This document shows, piece by piece, positions 1 to 10,716 of a DNA stretch of 64,000 nucleotides. Below the pieces are notes generated by a model that was not told where the DNA came from, searched no databases, and was given only the letters and a program-made list of their open reading frames with translations. Where the stretch lies: IMG/VR virus record IMGVR_UViG_3300005264_001052. The stretch is one strand, 5' to 3'. Each line of letters begins with the position of its first letter. Positions within the stretch are counted from its first letter, which is position 1. This DNA is from an uncultured virus (IMG/VR IMGVR_UViG_3300005264_001052) (Duplodnaviria; Heunggongvirae; Uroviricota; Caudoviricetes). The position numbers were made by a program, and so were the translations under genes.

Positions 1-273
1 ACATTTAGAAAAAACAGTAGTATCAGCAACAAGAGCTGGTTGGTATAACCAGAAATCAATAGTAAAATTTCCAGTTCTAAATTCAAAATCTGAATGATCA
101 TCTATAGTTATATAATCTGAGTCATTCCCTGGAGAATAAATACTAGAATTTCCAAACTTCTTTTGAGAAGTACTAATAGAAGCATCTCCAACTGCAGTAA
201 TAGTATGATTACCAGTCTCATCCTCAATGACGGATTCGCCATCAATGAATAAATTACCTAGATTTTGTGCCAT
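1..273 (-). CDS. LamG/concanavalin-like domain protein (runs off the left edge); paralog of 55603..57195 and 58407..59108
   Basis: Not in ORF track. Manual translation: MAQNLGNLFIDGESVIEDETGNHTITAVGDASISTSQKKFGNSSIY...GNFTIDFWLY. Same N-terminus as the two paralogs; AGGAGGA RBS upstream. Confidence 0.85.
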   Translation of the reverse strand, partial: MAQNLGNLFIDGESVIEDETGNHTITAVGDASISTSQKKFGNSSIYSPGNDSDYITIDDHSDFEFRTGNFTIDFWLYQPALVADTTVFSKC

Positions 274-305
274 AAATTCCTCCTAAAACTATTTTATTTT
301 AAAAC
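203..305. repeat. LamG-gene 5' constant box, copy 1 (leader, RBS and first codons)
   Basis: Near-identical to 57125..57229 and, over ~70 nt, to 59073..59143 (ccatcaatgaataaattaccta...gccat...ctcct...aaaact.ttttattttaaaa). Confidence 0.9.
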
Positions 306-335
306 TATAAATCTAATTATAGAAAGGTTAGTTTA

Positions 336-1070
336 ATGAAAGAAAAAATAATAATAACTGGTGATATTCATGGGTATTGGAGATACTTGAATACTTTATT
401 GAATAAGAAAAAACCAGACAAAGTAATAGTATGCGGTGATTTTGGTTACTGGCCCCACATGCATGGAAACAAGAAGTTTTGCGAAAGAGGTAAACCCTGG
501 AATCAATATGGTATTAAAAATCCAAATACAGATATTTTTTGGTTAGACGGTAATCATGAAAATCATGAAGAAATAGCTATTATGGTGGCTAAATGTGGTT
601 ATCATATACCAATAAGAATGAATGAATTTGAAGAAGCAAATAATTTTAAATATAAATCTGTATATTACATGCCAAGATGCTCAAGATTAGATATAAATAA
701 TTACAGATGTCTTTTCCTTGGTGGAGCATTATCAATAGATAAAAATTCAAGAGTAGAGGGAGTATCCTGGTGGAGAAATGAAATCATGTCACATTCAGAT
801 TATCTGAATTTTCCACTTGGTAATTATGATATTATTTTTAGTCATACCGTACCAACATCGATTATGTCAAAATTAGACATACCTATATGGAATTCAGGTA
901 AAATGAAGGATCCTAGTTGTGATATATTAGATGCCGCTTTGTTGAGGTATAAACCAAAAAAATGGTATTTTGGTCATTTTCACCAAGAGTTTAATTTTAA
1001 AGTAAATAGTTGTGAATTTATAGGGTTAAACATGGCTGGAAATGAGGGTAAGTGGTGGTGTTATTTATAA
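336..1070 (+). CDS. Calcineurin-like metallophosphoesterase
   Basis: GDIHG, GDFG, DGNHE, FSH and FGHFH motifs. Confidence 0.9.
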   Translation: MKEKIIITGDIHGYWRYLNTLLNKKKPDKVIVCGDFGYWPHMHGNKKFCERGKPWNQYGIKNPNTDIFWLDGNHENHEEIAIMVAKCGYHIPIRMNEFEEANNFKYKSVYYMPRCSRLDINNYRCLFLGGALSIDKNSRVEGVSWWRNEIMSHSDYLNFPLGNYDIIFSHTVPTSIMSKLDIPIWNSGKMKDPSCDILDAALLRYKPKKWYFGHFHQEFNFKVNSCEFIGLNMAGNEGKWWCYL

Positions 1071-1224
1071 AGGTATAAGAATGGTTACTAAAAGAAAAAG
1101 AGCATTAAAAGATAAAATTCCTTTCAGTAAGGTAAGAAAACAAATACCTAGACCTGGAGGGCCGATGAAAGATAAAACAAAATATAATCGTAAGAAAAAA
1201 CATAAATAATGGAGGATAAATTAA

Positions 1225-2007
1225 TTGAAATCAATTTATATTAATGGAGATCTTGGAAATATTTCATTATATAGATACATGGCATTTCCTACTGTAATTT
1301 CCTCACGTGGAAATATTAATGGGATTTCTTCTGTGTATAAATGTAGGGAACAAATTATTAGAAACTTTACAATGTGTTTAACTAATTTACATCATAGAAT
1401 AGCATTAAAAAAAGTATTAGATAAATCTAGAATAATTGTATTTGGACTAAAAAAATCAGATATAACTTCTTCTAATTTAAAAAAAGTATTAACTTCAATA
1501 AATATTATTGAAGATGAAATTGGAATGTCCAGAACCACTATTATTCGTGTAATTTCAAAAAAATTTAAAAACAGACATATGATAATGTTTGAAGGATCTA
1601 ATAAATGGTATAGATCTAGTCAAACCATGTCTTTATGGTTAATGCTAATAAGAATTTGTCTTAGAGATTTTTCATTTTACGGCAAAACTTTTAAAGATTT
1701 GACTAAAATAGCTAAAACATTTCCTAAATATAATGGTTCGAGTGGAATATATTGGGCGAAAGAAGATAAAGGATACATACGTGAAACAATCCACACATGG
1801 ATTCCAATGATGAAAAATATTAATAAAATATTTCCATTTCAAAGGCATTTAAAAAATAGATACAATAATAGAAAGGTACTTAACCATCCTGGAAAAGGAA
1901 AATATTTAAATCAGTGTTATACAGAAGGTATTTACAAATTTGCGTTAGGAACAACTCAATCTAAAGATTATAATAAATTTAAAGAAATTATGAAGGAAAA
2001 CTCATGA
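1225..2007 (+). CDS. Hypothetical protein, 'CR(D/E)' paralog family member 1
   Basis: CREQI...INIIEDEIG...W..S..MSLWLMLIR...D..Y...GI pattern shared with 3123, 3916 and 33203. Confidence 0.6.
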   Translation: MKSIYINGDLGNISLYRYMAFPTVISSRGNINGISSVYKCREQIIRNFTMCLTNLHHRIALKKVLDKSRIIVFGLKKSDITSSNLKKVLTSINIIEDEIGMSRTTIIRVISKKFKNRHMIMFEGSNKWYRSSQTMSLWLMLIRICLRDFSFYGKTFKDLTKIAKTFPKYNGSSGIYWAKEDKGYIRETIHTWIPMMKNINKIFPFQRHLKNRYNNRKVLNHPGKGKYLNQCYTEGIYKFALGTTQSKDYNKFKEIMKENS

Positions 2008-3113
2008 CTGTATTAGCAATACAAGAAATTTTGAGACAACAAAAAACTCTTAAAGAAGTAAAAAAAATCTTTAAGATGGAACATAATTTAAAAGTAAGAG
2101 AACATTTAGTTTCTGGAAAAAAAGTAGTAGTATTAACTAGAGACCCTAAATTAAAATATACTAGTGTAGTACAAGACGAAGCCTCTCTCGTTATTATTGA
2201 TGAAGATTTGAACATAGTAACTAAAGGATTTGATAGACTTTATAAAACTAGTACTGATTATGTGGGAATCACCTTATTACATAATAATGATAGAGCAATA
2301 ACAGTTCAAGAATGGTTAGAAGGTCCTGAAATAGTAATATCTAAAGTTAATAATACTTTCTTAATTAGCACTAAAGACGATATCAATGGGCATCCATATA
2401 GTAAAATAGTAATGGATATTATAGATAAAAAATTTCCAGAAAAAGGTTTAGATGAATTATTTGACCACAAATGGGTTAATAATATAAGTTGGATATTTAA
2501 ACTTGTAAAACATACTTCTTGCCATAAATTATATCTAATTGGAGGTATTAATTTAAAAAATTTGCAAGAATTAAATACTACTCAAATTGATAATATAGCT
2601 AAATATTTAAATTTAAAAACATTTAGACATCAAAATGTCTATACTAAAAAGCAATTAGAAGATACAATTCATTTATTTTTAACAAGTAATACTACATCAA
2701 AATACGTTATTGTAAAAGATGAAGAAGGAAATAGATTTAAAATTCCAATAAAGAAATATTCAAAAAGTAAATTATTAACCCATATAGCAAAATGTATTAT
2801 TGAACATGACCAGTCTAAATTAAATAATATAGATACTAAATATAATGAATTAGTGTCTTTAATTCAACATAGATTTCATACTTGTACATTAGAACTGTGT
2901 CAATTATTTACTAAAAATAAAAATGTTAGAACTAGAAAAATATATGCCAATAATGTAAAACATCATCCATTTGCGGCTGCAATTTTTGCTCTTAAAGATA
3001 AAAAAATCTCTGGATTTTACAACATGAAACGTGTTATAAAACCAATTGATTTACTGAATGTTATAGAGGAAAAAGATCATACACCCCTTTACAAGTTATT
3101 AAATGAAATATAG
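2004..3113 (+). CDS. Degenerate T4 Rnl1-like RNA ligase (probably inactive)
   Basis: IVTKGFDRLY resembles the Rnl1 FxKFFN block; motif I reads QEWLEGP instead of EKxDGS; NRFKI resembles motif V. Confidence 0.45.
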   Translation: MTVLAIQEILRQQKTLKEVKKIFKMEHNLKVREHLVSGKKVVVLTRDPKLKYTSVVQDEASLVIIDEDLNIVTKGFDRLYKTSTDYVGITLLHNNDRAITVQEWLEGPEIVISKVNNTFLISTKDDINGHPYSKIVMDIIDKKFPEKGLDELFDHKWVNNISWIFKLVKHTSCHKLYLIGGINLKNLQELNTTQIDNIAKYLNLKTFRHQNVYTKKQLEDTIHLFLTSNTTSKYVIVKDEEGNRFKIPIKKYSKSKLLTHIAKCIIEHDQSKLNNIDTKYNELVSLIQHRFHTCTLELCQLFTKNKNVRTRKIYANNVKHHPFAAAIFALKDKKISGFYNMKRVIKPIDLLNVIEEKDHTPLYKLLNEI

Positions 3114-3122
3114 GAATTACAT

Positions 3123-3947
3123 ATGACAAAAAGAAAAGTTAATTATTTTAGAAAAAATGTTGGTTTATGTGAGATTTATCAATCTGTAGCAATGAAATTC
3201 TCTTTTGCTTCCGAACAAAATAAAATAATAACGCAATCACATGAATGGGTACAATGTAGGGATTTTCTACATGATGCTGTTAAAGCTATGTTAATTGAAA
3301 AGTCTTCCCCAATATATAATTTTATTTTTGAAGTAAAGAAAAATCCACCAATTGACCTTAAAAAGATGAGAATGTTAGTTAGTCAAAAAGGATTGAAAAA
3401 TGGGAGGTCATTTAGGAATAATCTTACTTCTGCATTAAAACTGATAAATTATTATGAATCATTAATTGGAGAAGATTTATCCACAATAAAACAAGTTCAA
3501 GGAGACGTAAAAACAGATTATAAATTTGTTTGGCTTTTGACTGGACCAAAATTCTGGATTTCTGCCCCGCATCTAGTATCTTTATACACTTTATTACTAC
3601 GTCTTGGGCATAAAAGAATTAAATTTAAAACTGGTTCTGAACTAAAAAAAGAGTTAAAACGTATAGCAGATACTAATGCAAATGATAATGATTCTAAATA
3701 TTTAAAAGATTTATGGAATAAACTCGATCTTATTGTTAAAAATAATAATAAAATAGTAAAATATCAATTATCTGGATTTTCATCATTATATTTTGAGAAA
3801 AAATCCATAACCGAGTTTCATAATAATTCCGGAATTGTTAGTGCATGTAAAACTTCAACATGGTCAGAAAAATTTAATAAAAAATTAAAAAATATATTTA
3901 AGGAGAGTTATAAAAATGACAAAAAAATTAATTCGTGTAAAAGCTGA
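3123..3947 (+). CDS. Hypothetical protein, 'CR(D/E)' paralog family member 2
   Basis: CRDFLHD...LINYYE..IG...WISAPHLVSLYTLLLR...DSKY...FHNNSGI. Confidence 0.65.
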   Translation: MTKRKVNYFRKNVGLCEIYQSVAMKFSFASEQNKIITQSHEWVQCRDFLHDAVKAMLIEKSSPIYNFIFEVKKNPPIDLKKMRMLVSQKGLKNGRSFRNNLTSALKLINYYESLIGEDLSTIKQVQGDVKTDYKFVWLLTGPKFWISAPHLVSLYTLLLRLGHKRIKFKTGSELKKELKRIADTNANDNDSKYLKDLWNKLDLIVKNNNKIVKYQLSGFSSLYFEKKSITEFHNNSGIVSACKTSTWSEKFNKKLKNIFKESYKNDKKINSCKS

Positions 3948-4725
3948 TAAATATATATTAAATGGGTATAAAGCTAAATTAAATGAATGTAGCTTATATT
4001 TTTCTTTTATTGGACCAGATGAAGAAGTCACTAAAGATGGGCTAAGAAGAAAATTTCAAAAAGCTAAATTTGTTACATGTAGAGAATTTTTGTGTGATAT
4101 TCCAAGAGCAGTAATTAATAACTTTGAGTATGGAAATCATATCCACAAAGTTAATTATAATTTAGATTTTAATACTTTTAGATTATTAATAGGTAATAAT
4201 AACAGATATAAATCGTTTAAAAATGCAAAAAATAAAATATTTTCTGGTAAAAGAGCTCTTAACTTATTAGAAGAAGCAGCAGGATGGGAACAATCAATAA
4301 TTACTACAGTAAAACATGAGGATTATGTTGATGACAGTGTATGGCTGCTTACTGGGGATAAACGTTGGATGATGGTACCACAAATGATCTCATTAGCCTG
4401 TTTAATTTTAAGATTAGGGTATAATGAGGATCTTAATACAGACTCTCTTGATGACTTAATGAAAAGTTTTGATTGTTTAGCTAAAAAATACGAAACCGAA
4501 AAAGTTAAAGATTATATATATATAGGACATTGTAGAAAACATATCATCAATCTTATGAAAAATGTTTATAAAGTATTTGATGAAGATAAAACAGTATATT
4601 TTCCACCATTAGATAGTATTGGCTGGAATGGGTGTGGCGGTATTGATACTTTAGTAACAAGTGCTACTAATATTGATAATTTAACTAAAAATTTTAAGAA
4701 ATATGTATTACACGAAAAAAATTAA
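3916..4725 (+). CDS. Hypothetical protein, 'CR(D/E)' paralog family member 3
   Basis: CREFLCD...LNLLEEAAG...WMMVPQMISLACLILR...DYIY...GGI. Confidence 0.65.
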   Translation: MTKKLIRVKADKYILNGYKAKLNECSLYFSFIGPDEEVTKDGLRRKFQKAKFVTCREFLCDIPRAVINNFEYGNHIHKVNYNLDFNTFRLLIGNNNRYKSFKNAKNKIFSGKRALNLLEEAAGWEQSIITTVKHEDYVDDSVWLLTGDKRWMMVPQMISLACLILRLGYNEDLNTDSLDDLMKSFDCLAKKYETEKVKDYIYIGHCRKHIINLMKNVYKVFDEDKTVYFPPLDSIGWNGCGGIDTLVTSATNIDNLTKNFKKYVLHEKN

Positions 4726-4752
4726 TAAATTAATTATAGGAGAATTAATAGC

Positions 4753-5682
4753 ATGTCAAAACGAAAAATCACAATAGGAACAGACCCTGAATATTTTATG
4801 CGAAACAAAAAAACACAAAAACTAGTTTCAGCGATACCATTTATCAAGGGAGATAAACAAAAACCGATTCCATTAGCACATGGTGGAAACATACAGTCCG
4901 ATAATGTAGCAGTAGAATTTGCAACAGACCCTGCAAAATCTACAAAGGAATTTATTAATAATATAAAATCAGCTTTCAATGATACAATAAATAGTATACC
5001 AAAAGAATTTGAACTTGCAGTGCTACCTTCAGCAGAATTTAATGATGAAGAATTAAAAGATCCTAAAGCTAGTGAATTTGGCTGTATGCCAGATTATTGT
5101 GCCTGGAAATTAGAACAAAATATTATAGAACAACATCCTAATCCAAATTTTAGAAGTTGTGGCGGGCATATACATGTTGGGTGTATGGATATAAATAAAA
5201 ATATGATTCATAAAGATACAGCATTTCTTTTAGAGGATGAGGGAAAAATCTTAACCATTAAAGGTATGGATTTATTTCATGGAATAATATCTACTATTCT
5301 TGATAATTCTAAAGAAGCTATAGAAAGGCGTACACTTTATGGAAAAGCTGGATGTCATAGACCTACAGAATATGGTGTAGAGTATCGAGCTTTGAGTAAT
5401 TATTGGACTAAAACCCCATATTCTTCTATGTTAATTTCAAGTCTAACAGATGTAGTTATTGATCTAATTATTGAAGATAAACTAGAAGCAATTATCGAAG
5501 AAGTAAGCCCTGAAGAGATTCAAAGAATTATTAATACAGGGAATGAGGAAGATGCTAGAAGTATTCTTGATAAAGTACTAATAAATTATCTTAATGAAGA
5601 TTCAAAATTTTATCTCAATGAATGTTTAACTAAATTAGATACAGCAGGTACAATAACAAAAGAATGGGCTCTAGAGGCCTAA
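4753..5682 (+). CDS. phiEco32-like COOH-NH2 ligase type 2 (glutamine synthetase-like fold)
   Basis: IGTDPEYF, DNVAVEF, FGCMPD, RSCGGHIHVG, RRTLYGKAGCHR, YGVEYRALSNYW. Confidence 0.9.
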   Translation: MSKRKITIGTDPEYFMRNKKTQKLVSAIPFIKGDKQKPIPLAHGGNIQSDNVAVEFATDPAKSTKEFINNIKSAFNDTINSIPKEFELAVLPSAEFNDEELKDPKASEFGCMPDYCAWKLEQNIIEQHPNPNFRSCGGHIHVGCMDINKNMIHKDTAFLLEDEGKILTIKGMDLFHGIISTILDNSKEAIERRTLYGKAGCHRPTEYGVEYRALSNYWTKTPYSSMLISSLTDVVIDLIIEDKLEAIIEEVSPEEIQRIINTGNEEDARSILDKVLINYLNEDSKFYLNECLTKLDTAGTITKEWALEA

Positions 5683-5698
5683 TAAAGGAGAGAAAATC

Positions 5699-6559
5699 GT
5701 GATCATTGCCATACCTACTAACAACACAGATTTTAAATCTGAAATACCCAAACGTGCCCAAAATGCGGCTTATTGTAAATATGTATCGGACGCTGGGTAC
5801 AACCCTATTCTAGTTCCAATGGAAGCAGATCCCAATGTTATAGCATCAATAGCTGATGGTTTATTATTGGCAGGAGGAATTGATGTAGACCCTATATATT
5901 ATGGAACGAGTAATTTTGCGTCATATAATGTCGATCCTGAAAAAGATAATGCGGAACGAAGACTCTTTCATGCTTTTAGAGTGGAACATAAGCCTATAAT
6001 GGGAATTTGTAGAGGCCACCAACTTATATTTAGAGAATTTCTCCATAAAAATGAAGAGTATGAAAACTATTTAGAATATGTAGAACATCTAAACAAACAC
6101 GCTCAAACAAATGATCTTAATGTAAGAAGAGGAATTCCAACCCATCTTGTAAGAACTAATTATAAAAGTCTGTATACCCTTCCGGAGTCAAAAAACGAAT
6201 TGAATTTAACAATGCATCCAGTAAATTCTATGCATCATCAAATATGTGCTATTAATTTCATGCAAGTAGCGAAAGACTACGCACCTGATGAGAAAATTTC
6301 TACTAAAGAACCTTCAATTTTACATTTTGATGATTTTGAACTTACTGCATGGTCATTACGTGGAGTTTCACAACCAAAAACATCTAAAGGAAAGCAGGAT
6401 ATTGAAAACTATTGGGCTATTATTGAAGCGATGAAAATCCACAATTGGGGTGGGCCCATTATGGGGGTTCAATGGCACCCAGAAGAATTAAAAGATATCT
6501 CATTAATAAGAAATTTTTTTAGTAATAATAAGGAAAAATTACTTAAAAATGGAGTTTAA
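5699..6559 (+). CDS. Class I glutamine amidotransferase / peptidase C26 (PuuD-like)
   Basis: LLLAGGIDVDP, GICRGHQ, VNSMHHQ, GVQWHPE. Confidence 0.9.
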   Translation: MIIAIPTNNTDFKSEIPKRAQNAAYCKYVSDAGYNPILVPMEADPNVIASIADGLLLAGGIDVDPIYYGTSNFASYNVDPEKDNAERRLFHAFRVEHKPIMGICRGHQLIFREFLHKNEEYENYLEYVEHLNKHAQTNDLNVRRGIPTHLVRTNYKSLYTLPESKNELNLTMHPVNSMHHQICAINFMQVAKDYAPDEKISTKEPSILHFDDFELTAWSLRGVSQPKTSKGKQDIENYWAIIEAMKIHNWGGPIMGVQWHPEELKDISLIRNFFSNNKEKLLKNGV

Positions 6560-6789
6560 TTACTATGTGGAAATATGAAATTACTACTGTAGATGGACAC
6601 CATTCACTTAAACATATTAATTTAAAAGATATAAAATTTACAATAAAATGTATTAAATTAAGTAATAAATTTAATGGACAATCACTAATAAAACCAAAAT
6701 CTTCTTTACTAGTTCAACATGTGTTATTTGAATGTTATAATTTAAATAATATTTCATCAATTACTATAAGTACTTTTAGGAGATAAATT

Positions 6790-7440
6790 ATGTTAATACC
6801 AAAATTACAAAAAAAAATACATATAGTAAAGATAGATATTCCATGGGCATTGTCATGTATTGAAGAAAAATTTGATGATGCATTAATAATGCTAAAGAAT
6901 GATTGTCTTATTTATGGTGGGGCTATAAGAGATATAATTGCTGAATTACCTATAAAAGGTGACTTAGATGTAGCAATACCTTATAATACTTATAGTAATA
7001 TTCTCTTTACCTTTGATAATTCTTCTAGATGGATTATTAAGGATCCAGTTTTATTGTTACAGACTAATAATAACTATAAAGGAGCAATTAAACAATTTTT
7101 AAATAATATCATTACTTATACTAATTTAAGTGGAAAAGAAGTACAATTAATACAAGCTAACCCAAGTAGGTATAAGGAAACAAACTATAACCAGCAGATA
7201 TTAAATATAGTCTATAATGTGGACATGGTATGTTCAGGTGTAATAATGGATATAGAAGGTAATATAAAAGAAATTTTACCCGGCGCAATTGAGGATTGTA
7301 AAAATAAGCAATTAAATATTAACCCAAAATTTAATCCAAAACAAATACATTATAATAGTTTAAAAAAAAGAATATTAAAATTAGTAAAACGTGGATGGCA
7401 TAATAATATCGATTTAGAACAATATAAGGAGAATAACTAA
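6790..7440 (+). CDS. Nucleotidyltransferase (poly(A) polymerase / CCA-enzyme head-domain-like)
   Basis: IYGGAIRD...GDLDV motif; C-terminal RILKLVKRGW. Confidence 0.7.
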   Translation: MLIPKLQKKIHIVKIDIPWALSCIEEKFDDALIMLKNDCLIYGGAIRDIIAELPIKGDLDVAIPYNTYSNILFTFDNSSRWIIKDPVLLLQTNNNYKGAIKQFLNNIITYTNLSGKEVQLIQANPSRYKETNYNQQILNIVYNVDMVCSGVIMDIEGNIKEILPGAIEDCKNKQLNINPKFNPKQIHYNSLKKRILKLVKRGWHNNIDLEQYKENN

Positions 7441-7751
7441 TGGCAAAAAAATCAACGATTACATCAATTCTTATGGACAATGTTAATGCCTCTTTTTGTG
7501 CTGTATACTTTAGGGTAAATGACATTCCTCTTAATAACGATGGTAACCCTATAGAAACTATGTCCGTAGTAAAAAGTATAAAAAATAGTAGACATGCTTT
7601 TGGTCAAGGAGCTCAAGTTGATCAACCATGTTATACTATAGAATTTGAAAATGCAATTGAAAAAGTAATTATACCTGCTACTAAATTTGTTCAAGTAACT
7701 ATAGCAGTAAATGAAAAAGAAGAAGAAAAAACACCAGCAATGCCAATCTAA
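7440..7751 (+). CDS. Hypothetical protein
   Basis: ORF with AGGAG RBS, translationally coupled to upstream gene. Confidence 0.6.
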   Translation: MAKKSTITSILMDNVNASFCAVYFRVNDIPLNNDGNPIETMSVVKSIKNSRHAFGQGAQVDQPCYTIEFENAIEKVIIPATKFVQVTIAVNEKEEEKTPAMPI

Positions 7752-8472
7752 AAAAATAAAGGATATAAAAAAATTGACAAAAATACTAGTAGTTAATGGT
7801 AGTAATTATGGCCAAGCTTTAGAAGGTCTTGGAGAATTAGTAACAAATGTAATTGATTTTATAGAAAATCCAACAACATATAGATTAATTTTATTTACTG
7901 GAGGAGAAGATATAACGCCTGGATTATACAACGATATAAGTCCTACCGGAATGTGTTTTAGTAATCTATATAGAGATAACGAAGAACGTGAAATATTTGA
8001 ACTAGCAATAAAACATAACATTAGAATGATAGGTATATGTAGAGGAGTTCAATTTTTGAATGTTATGGCAGGAGGAAAAATGTTTCACGATGTAGACAAT
8101 CACGCAGGCAGTTGGCACGATATGACTACATCTTCTGGAGAAATAATACGAGTAAATTCACTACACCATCAAATGGTAATACCTCCAAAAGATGCTGAAA
8201 TAATTGGATGGTCTTCTAAACATCAAGCTACCAAATATTATGGTGATAAAGATTTACTTGTTGATAAACCAAAAGTAGAACCAGAAGCTGTATTATTTAA
8301 AAGTATTAACGCTGCTGGAGTACAGTATCATCCTGAAATTATGGATACAAATTCTACAGGGTATAGATTTTTCTATAAATTAGCAGAAGATTTACTAAAT
8401 ATAGATAATTTTTCCGATATCAGTAATAAATATATGGAGAAATCATGTCACCTCACTACACAAATGGAGTAA
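7711..8472 (+). CDS. Second class I glutamine amidotransferase / peptidase C26 (true start probably ~7774)
   Basis: FTGGEDITP, GICRGVQ, VNSLHHQ, GVQYHPE. Confidence 0.9.
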   Translation: MKKKKKKHQQCQSKKIKDIKKLTKILVVNGSNYGQALEGLGELVTNVIDFIENPTTYRLILFTGGEDITPGLYNDISPTGMCFSNLYRDNEEREIFELAIKHNIRMIGICRGVQFLNVMAGGKMFHDVDNHAGSWHDMTTSSGEIIRVNSLHHQMVIPPKDAEIIGWSSKHQATKYYGDKDLLVDKPKVEPEAVLFKSINAAGVQYHPEIMDTNSTGYRFFYKLAEDLLNIDNFSDISNKYMEKSCHLTTQME

Positions 8473-8900
8473 TTATAACTCCAGACGAAAGAGTAGTACT
8501 TACATCCCAAAATAATAATACATTAAATATAAAAGATAAGGTAATATTATCAGTTGAAACATATGTACCAGTTAAAAATGATAAAAAAAAAGAAACAGAA
8601 GAAGAAATAAAAATAATTTTAGGAAATCATGTAGTAGACTATTTAAAATATTTAGATAAGTTTACTACAACGATTTTTATAAATAATTTCTTACAACGTG
8701 AATTAAGTATTTTTGTATATAAATTAAAAAAAAGATGTACATTTAAAATATTTGATCCATTACAAAATCAGATAATACTACTTCCATTGACTACTATTCA
8801 TACTAGTGTTGCACAAAAAAGTATTAATTTAAGTAGTAATAGTTGGGAAACATTACAGTATCTTATAAAAAATAGAAAAAAGTTTGGAGTATCTTTATGA
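8445..8900 (+). CDS. Hypothetical protein
   Basis: ORF in a tightly packed operon; GGAG RBS. Confidence 0.55.
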   Translation: MSPHYTNGVIITPDERVVLTSQNNNTLNIKDKVILSVETYVPVKNDKKKETEEEIKIILGNHVVDYLKYLDKFTTTIFINNFLQRELSIFVYKLKKRCTFKIFDPLQNQIILLPLTTIHTSVAQKSINLSSNSWETLQYLIKNRKKFGVSL

Positions 8901-9445
8901 TAAAAAATAATAGTGTATTTTTAGTAACAACTGGAGAAGATATAGATGAAGTAGCAACAGAGGCGTATCTTTATCAATCTCGTAAAGCTGCTAATAAACA
9001 ATTACATGAGCTCACTTATGGGAATTTAGATGAGGATAGTACATGTATATATCATGGAGTACTCACAGAAGCATTGTATATTCCTGATAATTTTAAAAAT
9101 TGTATACCTTATTTAATGATAAGAAATCCAGAAAGATATACTATAGAATTAACATCAGATGAAGTATGGTTTAAAAAATTACCAATTGAACCAAAAGCAG
9201 TAATTAAATATATTCAAGAAATATTAATAGAAAATAGTTTATTTAAAAATAAATTTTCTATTAATGATATATTTTTATTTTTTGGCAAAAAACTAACTCC
9301 GGTATTTCATATACCTGAAGATGCAATAGATGACGAAGAACTAGTAGATCGTTTAAATACACTTGAAAATATAATTACAACGAATATAAAATTCTTCTCA
9401 AAAAAGGAAAATAATGGATACAAAAGTAAAACTACAAATAATTAA
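8897..9445 (+). CDS. Hypothetical protein
   Basis: ORF overlapping both neighbours. Confidence 0.55.
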   Translation: MIKNNSVFLVTTGEDIDEVATEAYLYQSRKAANKQLHELTYGNLDEDSTCIYHGVLTEALYIPDNFKNCIPYLMIRNPERYTIELTSDEVWFKKLPIEPKAVIKYIQEILIENSLFKNKFSINDIFLFFGKKLTPVFHIPEDAIDDEELVDRLNTLENIITTNIKFFSKKENNGYKSKTTNN

Positions 9446-9851
9446 ATCAGATAAAAAAACATCTAAAGACGTAGTCTATAAATACAAAGGTAGATTACTA
9501 GGACTTGCCGATAATATGGAAGCAACTAAAATAGTTAATAATTGGGATGTTGCTTCAAGAATCTTTACAAAGGCAACAAAAGAATTAAAAGATGTAACTG
9601 AATTAGTAGAAAGTAAAACTGCCTATTCAGAGTCAAAAGAACTATTAGGGCATTTAATTATAGCAGTAGATGGAATGGCAAAAGGTAAAAATTCTCACTT
9701 ATTAGCTACATTATCTAAACAATTATTAATTAGCCCTCCAATAACAATGATTTCTGAAATTGCTGTTGATAGAGCTACTGATCTTTTATCTGCAACAATT
9801 GAATGTTCAGATGAGTCTTTACTTACTATAAAGGAAATAAAAAATGAATAA
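9414..9851 (+). CDS. Hypothetical protein
   Basis: ORF in operon. Confidence 0.55.
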   Translation: MDTKVKLQIIKSDKKTSKDVVYKYKGRLLGLADNMEATKIVNNWDVASRIFTKATKELKDVTELVESKTAYSESKELLGHLIIAVDGMAKGKNSHLLATLSKQLLISPPITMISEIAVDRATDLLSATIECSDESLLTIKEIKNE

Positions 9852-10707
9852 AAAAATGTCTCTAATCCCACATACTATATTATCTCCTGGATCATTATTT
9901 ATCGCAAAAGATACAGTAAAAGATAAAACTTTTCCTCCTGGGACTAAAGGATGCCTTTCATTCATAATGGGACCAGATAGTGTAAATCCAAATGTAGTGT
10001 TTCATAAAGTTGTTACTACTAGAAGAGGTAAACAAGGAAAAGAAAGACTTAATTTTGATATGGTACTATCTCAAATATATGATATTCCTGAATTGACAAC
10101 TAAGTTAAAAGAGGAAGAAGAAAAACCAAAACATTTCATTTCAATAGATACTGCTGCAAATTTAAATGATAATCTAATATCAGAAACAACAACAAATAAT
10201 AATACATTTATTGCAAATGTATTAGCTCGAGCTTTGTTCGCAAAAGAACTTGATAATAAAATATATAATAGTGATCATACTATAATGAGAAGAGTAGGAT
10301 TGTATGATTATAAAGAAGTAAGTCTGTGGCCTAAAAAGGAGTCATTATTACGTCAATTTACAAAAGATGTAATACATTTGCATAATAGTGGAGAACTTCT
10401 ATACATTAGAGATAATTTTTGTACTAAAGAAAACAAACATAAATTGATGTCTGAACTCAATGCGATTGAGGCTAAATTAATAATTCCTAGATATGAATAT
10501 CAACGAAAAATTTGTAATGTATTACTAGCTGCTATAACAGAAGTTCAAAGGTTATTGAGTAATAGTAATATAGAAAATAAGAAAGAATTGCAAGAAAAAG
10601 CAAAAAATACAAAAGAAATGCTTAAAATACAAACACATAATTTAATAGAATTTATAACTAAGAGATTGGAACATATCGTTAATGAAAGAACTTTAGTAAA
10701 TATGTAG
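9844..10707 (+). CDS. Hypothetical protein; N-terminus weakly similar to 10717..11577
   Basis: PPGTKGCLSF...KVVTTRRGKQGKERL versus RKGSLGYVSS...KIVFTRFGYEKKRRI. Confidence 0.55.
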   Translation: MNKKMSLIPHTILSPGSLFIAKDTVKDKTFPPGTKGCLSFIMGPDSVNPNVVFHKVVTTRRGKQGKERLNFDMVLSQIYDIPELTTKLKEEEEKPKHFISIDTAANLNDNLISETTTNNNTFIANVLARALFAKELDNKIYNSDHTIMRRVGLYDYKEVSLWPKKESLLRQFTKDVIHLHNSGELLYIRDNFCTKENKHKLMSELNAIEAKLIIPRYEYQRKICNVLLAAITEVQRLLSNSNIENKKELQEKAKNTKEMLKIQTHNLIEFITKRLEHIVNERTLVNM

Positions 10708-10716
10708 AGGAAACTA

